This document shows, piece after piece, positions 60,038 through 64,000 of a stretch of 64,000 bases of DNA. Both the position numbers and the translations under genes were made by a program. Below the pieces are notes generated by a model. It worked only from the letters and a program-made list of their open reading frames with translations. It searched no databases and was not told the origin of the DNA. Source of the DNA: Bacillota bacterium (lineage in GTDB: Bacteria > Bacillota > Ch66 > Ch109); the NCBI GenBank assembly GCA_050952625.1, contig JBMNLH010000001.1:960001-1024000 (forward strand), given 5' to 3'. Every line of letters begins with the position of its first letter. Within the stretch, counting starts at the first letter, position 1.

Positions 60038-60607
60038 ATGCGGTTTTTGAAAAATCCAGTTATTTTAGCTCAGCATCTACTCCGCGAGATTCTTAGACCT
60101 GGAGGAAGAGCGATTGATGCCACTGCTGGCAATGGGCAGGATACCGTTTTTTTGGCTAGTGTAGTGGGGAATGACGGGGAAGTGTTTGCCTTTGATACCC
60201 AGCCTCTGGCCATTCATCGGACCGCGGAGCGGCTTAAACAAGCCGGCATAGAGACACGAGTTTACCTGATAAACGCCGGACATGAAAAAATGAAGGATTA
60301 TGTCCACGGTTTATTTCAGGCAGTAATGTTTAATCTCGGTTATCTACCGGGAGCCGGGAAGCAGTTTGCGACCCGACCGGAAACCACCGTCCCGGCGTTA
60401 CAGCAGGCAGTAGAATTATTAACTCCCGGAGGAATCCTGACGGTCGTAATCTATGTTGGGCATCCGGGAGCCCTAGAAGAACAAAAAGCCGTGGAGGAAT
60501 GGGCTGCTTCCCTCCCGCAGGACAAGTGGGATGTTATCAGATGTGATTACCCCAATCGAATTAATGATCCCCCCTATCTGCTGGTAGTTCAGCGGGTAGA
60601 TCTTTAA
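60038..60607 (+). CDS. YtqB/MnmM-like SAM-dependent methyltransferase
   Basis: IDATAGNGQDT, FNLGYLPG and YVGHPG. Confidence 0.82.
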   Translation: MRFLKNPVILAQHLLREILRPGGRAIDATAGNGQDTVFLASVVGNDGEVFAFDTQPLAIHRTAERLKQAGIETRVYLINAGHEKMKDYVHGLFQAVMFNLGYLPGAGKQFATRPETTVPALQQAVELLTPGGILTVVIYVGHPGALEEQKAVEEWAASLPQDKWDVIRCDYPNRINDPPYLLVVQRVDL

Positions 60608-60642
60608 TTGTGTATTATTGTGTACTAGAGCCATGAGAGGGT

Positions 60643-62340
60643 GTGTCTATGCTTTGGGAATTGAGCATCCACAATTTTGCTTTAATTGAAGATCTGACAA
60701 TAGAATTTGGTCCAGGACTTAACGTTCTGACTGGAGAGACTGGGGCTGGCAAATCAATCATTGTTGATGCAGTAAGCCTGGTATTAGGGGGGAGGGCTTC
60801 GACCGATTTTATTCGCGAACCGGCAGAAAAGGCCCGGATAGAGGGTGTATTCGAACTACCGTTAGTTGAGACTCTTGGGCACACCCTAGAAGAATTAGGT
60901 GTTGAGGTTGGTGAAGATAAAACCCTAGTGATGTCCAGGGAGATATCACGCAACGGGCGAAATCTTTGCCGGATTAATGGTCGGACGATGACTCTAAGCA
61001 ATTATCGCCGTGTTGGTCAGTATTTGATTGATTTGCACGGCCAGCATGAACATCAATCTTTACTTAACCCAGAACGGCATTTGGAGCTTCTGGATAGTTT
61101 TGCTGGAGAAGAACTGCTTACTCTTCGAGAACAAGTTCAAGCTCGGTATCGGGAACTTCAGACCGTGCTCAGAGACCTCAATCACTGGCAAAAAAAGAAG
61201 CAAGAGATTGACCAACGTCAGGATTTATTGATGTTTCAAGTGCAAGAAATTGAATCAGCTAATTTAGCAGCTGGGGAAGAAGATGAACTGCAGCAAGAAA
61301 AAACTATTCTGCAGAATGCCGAAAAATTAGTAAACGGTGTAGCTAAGGCTTATCAGTGTACTTATGGGGGCACTTCTCAGCAGACCTCAGCTTTTGACCT
61401 CCTTAGTCAAGCAATAAACGAACTCAGATCACTGGGTAATCTTGATCCAACGCTGCTACCGATCATATATAACCTGGAAACTGCTCTTTATCAGGCGGAA
61501 GAGGCGGCTCATGAATTACGACGATACTTGGATCGGATTGAAGCAGACCCTGACCGTCTGGAAATAATTAACGAGAGATTAAACTTAATCCGTCAATTAA
61601 AACGAAAATACGGTAATTCAATTGAAGAAATTAGGCAGTATGGTCAGGAGATCGCTAAAGAGCTTGAAGAAGTAACCGGTTATGGCAACCGGATTGATGA
61701 GTTTCAGCAAAAGCAGGTTCACCTTGAAGAGGAGTATCGGACACTAGCCCGTAGCCTTTCCGAACGACGGAAGCAAGTAGCGACGGTCTTGGCAGAGGGG
61801 ATAAATCAAGGGCTGGGTTTTTTGGGCATGTCCAGTGCTCAATTTACTATTGATTTTCAATGGCGAGAGCAGCCGGCGGTAAACGGACAGGACGAAATAG
61901 AATTCCTATTATCCCCGAATCCAGGGGAACCCCTCAAACCACTGGCGCGGATCGCCTCCGGTGGAGAGCTATCGCGAATTATGCTTGTCTTAAAAACTTT
62001 ATTAGCTCAAGCTGATCGGATACCAACATTGATTTTTGATGAAATCGACACTGGTATCGGTGGCCGGACGTTGGAAGCAGTAGCGATTCGTTTGAGTGAA
62101 GTAGCCATTTCCCATCAGGTTATTTGTGTTACTCATGCGGCGCAAATTGCTAGTCGGGCCGATGCCCATTTGTTTATAGAAAAAAAAGTATCGGAAGGGC
62201 GGACCCATACCCAGACCTCCCGCTTATCGGCAGAAGAGCGAATTACGGAGATTTCACGAATGTTGGGTGGAAACACAGATAGTCCGGTTAGCCGCAAACA
62301 TGCAATCGAAATGTTGAAACGAGCTCGTGGACGGAAATAA
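60643..62340 (+). CDS. recN: DNA repair protein RecN
   Basis: TGETGAGKS, HGQHE, ASGGELSR and IFDEID. Confidence 0.97.
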   Translation: MSMLWELSIHNFALIEDLTIEFGPGLNVLTGETGAGKSIIVDAVSLVLGGRASTDFIREPAEKARIEGVFELPLVETLGHTLEELGVEVGEDKTLVMSREISRNGRNLCRINGRTMTLSNYRRVGQYLIDLHGQHEHQSLLNPERHLELLDSFAGEELLTLREQVQARYRELQTVLRDLNHWQKKKQEIDQRQDLLMFQVQEIESANLAAGEEDELQQEKTILQNAEKLVNGVAKAYQCTYGGTSQQTSAFDLLSQAINELRSLGNLDPTLLPIIYNLETALYQAEEAAHELRRYLDRIEADPDRLEIINERLNLIRQLKRKYGNSIEEIRQYGQEIAKELEEVTGYGNRIDEFQQKQVHLEEEYRTLARSLSERRKQVATVLAEGINQGLGFLGMSSAQFTIDFQWREQPAVNGQDEIEFLLSPNPGEPLKPLARIASGGELSRIMLVLKTLLAQADRIPTLIFDEIDTGIGGRTLEAVAIRLSEVAISHQVICVTHAAQIASRADAHLFIEKKVSEGRTHTQTSRLSAEERITEISRMLGGNTDSPVSRKHAIEMLKRARGRK

Positions 62341-62585
62341 TATTATAAAAATTATTCTCTGCTAAACTATTAATTTTTATTATTCCCAATAACTGGCATG
62401 GCTTAGGGAAGTGGAGATATTACATAAAATCGCGAGCTGGAGAATATCAGCCACAAAATACAGATTTTCATCAACATAAATGATATAAATCGGGGAAAAT
62501 TAAGGTTGGCTAATAAAAAAATTTAGAAGGAGGTTGTAATAAAGAATTTTCTCTAAAAAATAGCGACAGGAGTGGCTGGTAACAT

Positions 62586-63971
62586 ATGGCGATAAAAAGG
62601 TGGATCGGCACCAAAAAACCCCGTTCCATCCAATATCGCCAGATCATCGGACTGATTCTCATTACTGTTTTAGTTTTTGGGGCAAGTACCCAATTCATCG
62701 GCTTTTTTTTCTTCCCCCCTCAAGTTAAAGTCAGTGTGGGTGAGCCGTTACAGATTCCATTGTTCTTACCTCAGGTGTTAACGGACTTTTTTAGTTTGAA
62801 AATAAAATCTGTTGATGGAACTAAAGGAGTATTAATACTTGAAGGTAATGAAGTTAAACAGGGTTTTGACTTAAGAGGACTGCCAGTTGCTGAATGTCCC
62901 GGGACCGTCGATCTGGAACTGCGGCTTTTTGGCTTCATCCCTTTAAAAAAGATGGTAGTTACCGTTGCTAGTCCAGTAAAAGTAGTGCCCGGTGGTCATT
63001 CAATTGGCGTGTTTCTGAGACAGGGTGTACAAATTATCGACTTAGCACCCATTCGGGATGAGACCGGTCAGGAACACTGCCCAGGAAAAAATGCTGGTCT
63101 TCAAACTGGTGATGTACTTCTGAGTGTTAATAATGTTGCAATTATGGATGAACTTGACCTTGCCCGGGCGGTGAATCAGGCGGGTCAGGAAGGAAAAGCA
63201 GTTAAGCTGTTGATTGAAAGAGGAAGCGAACAATCGGAACTGGCAATTGAACCAATTTTTTGTCTTGATACAAAACGTTATCGCATTGGTCTATTAGTGA
63301 AAGATGGTTCGGCCGGTGTCGGAACCTTAACCTTTTACAATCCGGAGTCTCGGGTTTATGGTGCTCTTGGTCATGTTATTGTAGATGCCCGTTCAAACCA
63401 GGAAATAAAAATCAAAAATGGTCGGGTAGTTTCCGCTTCAGTTCGAGGAATTCAACCTGGTCGGAAGGGGCAGCCGGGAGAAAAGATCGGAGTCATAGAA
63501 AGCGAGAGTCTCTATGGGACCATTGATAAGAATAGCAAGTTTGGCATCTTTGGGATCCTCAGTAAGGATATAGCAAACTCTTTGTATCCAGAGCCAATTC
63601 CAGTTGCCTGGCAAAACCAGGTGCATAAAGGTCAAGCAGAAATGTTAACAGTGATTAACGGTAAAGAAATCGAATCTTTTACCGTTGAGGTTGAAAAGAT
63701 TTTGACTAACCAATCTAACGGTAAAGGAATGGTGATTAGAGTAGTTGATCCCCGTCTTTTAGAATTAACGGGTGGGATAATTCAGGGAATGAGTGGAAGC
63801 CCTTTGATTCAAGATGGTCGATTAATCGGGGCCGTCACCCATGTTTTTGTTAATGACCCAGCGCGTGGCTATGCTTTACTAGCGGAGTACATGTTGACAG
63901 AAACATTACAAATCCCCCAGAAGATATCGTCGGTCAGGAATTTTTACCTGACCGATTTTTTCTTTATTTAG
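62586..63971 (+). CDS. spoIVB: SpoIVB serine peptidase
   Basis: PDZ domain, AGVGTLTF, ALGH, TGGIIQGMSGSP and GAVTHV. Confidence 0.95.
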   Translation: MAIKRWIGTKKPRSIQYRQIIGLILITVLVFGASTQFIGFFFFPPQVKVSVGEPLQIPLFLPQVLTDFFSLKIKSVDGTKGVLILEGNEVKQGFDLRGLPVAECPGTVDLELRLFGFIPLKKMVVTVASPVKVVPGGHSIGVFLRQGVQIIDLAPIRDETGQEHCPGKNAGLQTGDVLLSVNNVAIMDELDLARAVNQAGQEGKAVKLLIERGSEQSELAIEPIFCLDTKRYRIGLLVKDGSAGVGTLTFYNPESRVYGALGHVIVDARSNQEIKIKNGRVVSASVRGIQPGRKGQPGEKIGVIESESLYGTIDKNSKFGIFGILSKDIANSLYPEPIPVAWQNQVHKGQAEMLTVINGKEIESFTVEVEKILTNQSNGKGMVIRVVDPRLLELTGGIIQGMSGSPLIQDGRLIGAVTHVFVNDPARGYALLAEYMLTETLQIPQKISSVRNFYLTDFFFI

Positions 63972-64000
63972 TAAAATTTAACCATATTTTTACTAATTTT

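Noticed and set aside
952-63635. Numerous 60-135 aa ORFs overlapping or antisense to known genes (e.g. 2026-2388, 7279-7653, 31020-31424, 60615-61001)
   Set aside because: They are shadow frames of well-supported genes with no recognisable motifs.

Overview
This window is from a spore-forming clostridial Firmicute (Peptococcaceae-like, inferred from gene content and order). Most of it is conserved backbone: yqeG-aroE-aroCKB interleaved with a type IV pilin cluster, a TPP-riboswitch thiSGHFEC operon, tldD/pmbA-aroQ-pepP-efp, an orphan PAS histidine kinase hit by an IS1380, spoIIIAA-AH, asp23-nusB-folD-xseAB-ispA, an OLE RNA with oapA, and dxs-tlyA-nadK-recN-spoIVB. The standout is at 4.9-9.7 kb, where sigK is split into two halves on OPPOSITE strands: the 5' half at 9217-9647 (+) and the 3' half at 5202-4909 (-), which the ORF track misses. 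Between them lie a large serine recombinase, a decayed toxin-antitoxin pair and small ORFs. Each half ends at a hybrid att-like site, and the two sites share an asymmetric GA core in inverted orientation. Recombination there would flip a ~4.44 kb segment rather than excise it, giving an in-frame 240-aa pro-sigma-K and a symmetric attP-like site. This looks like a sporulation sigma factor assembled by programmed inversion instead of classical skin excision. All calls come from reading the sequence; no searches were run.
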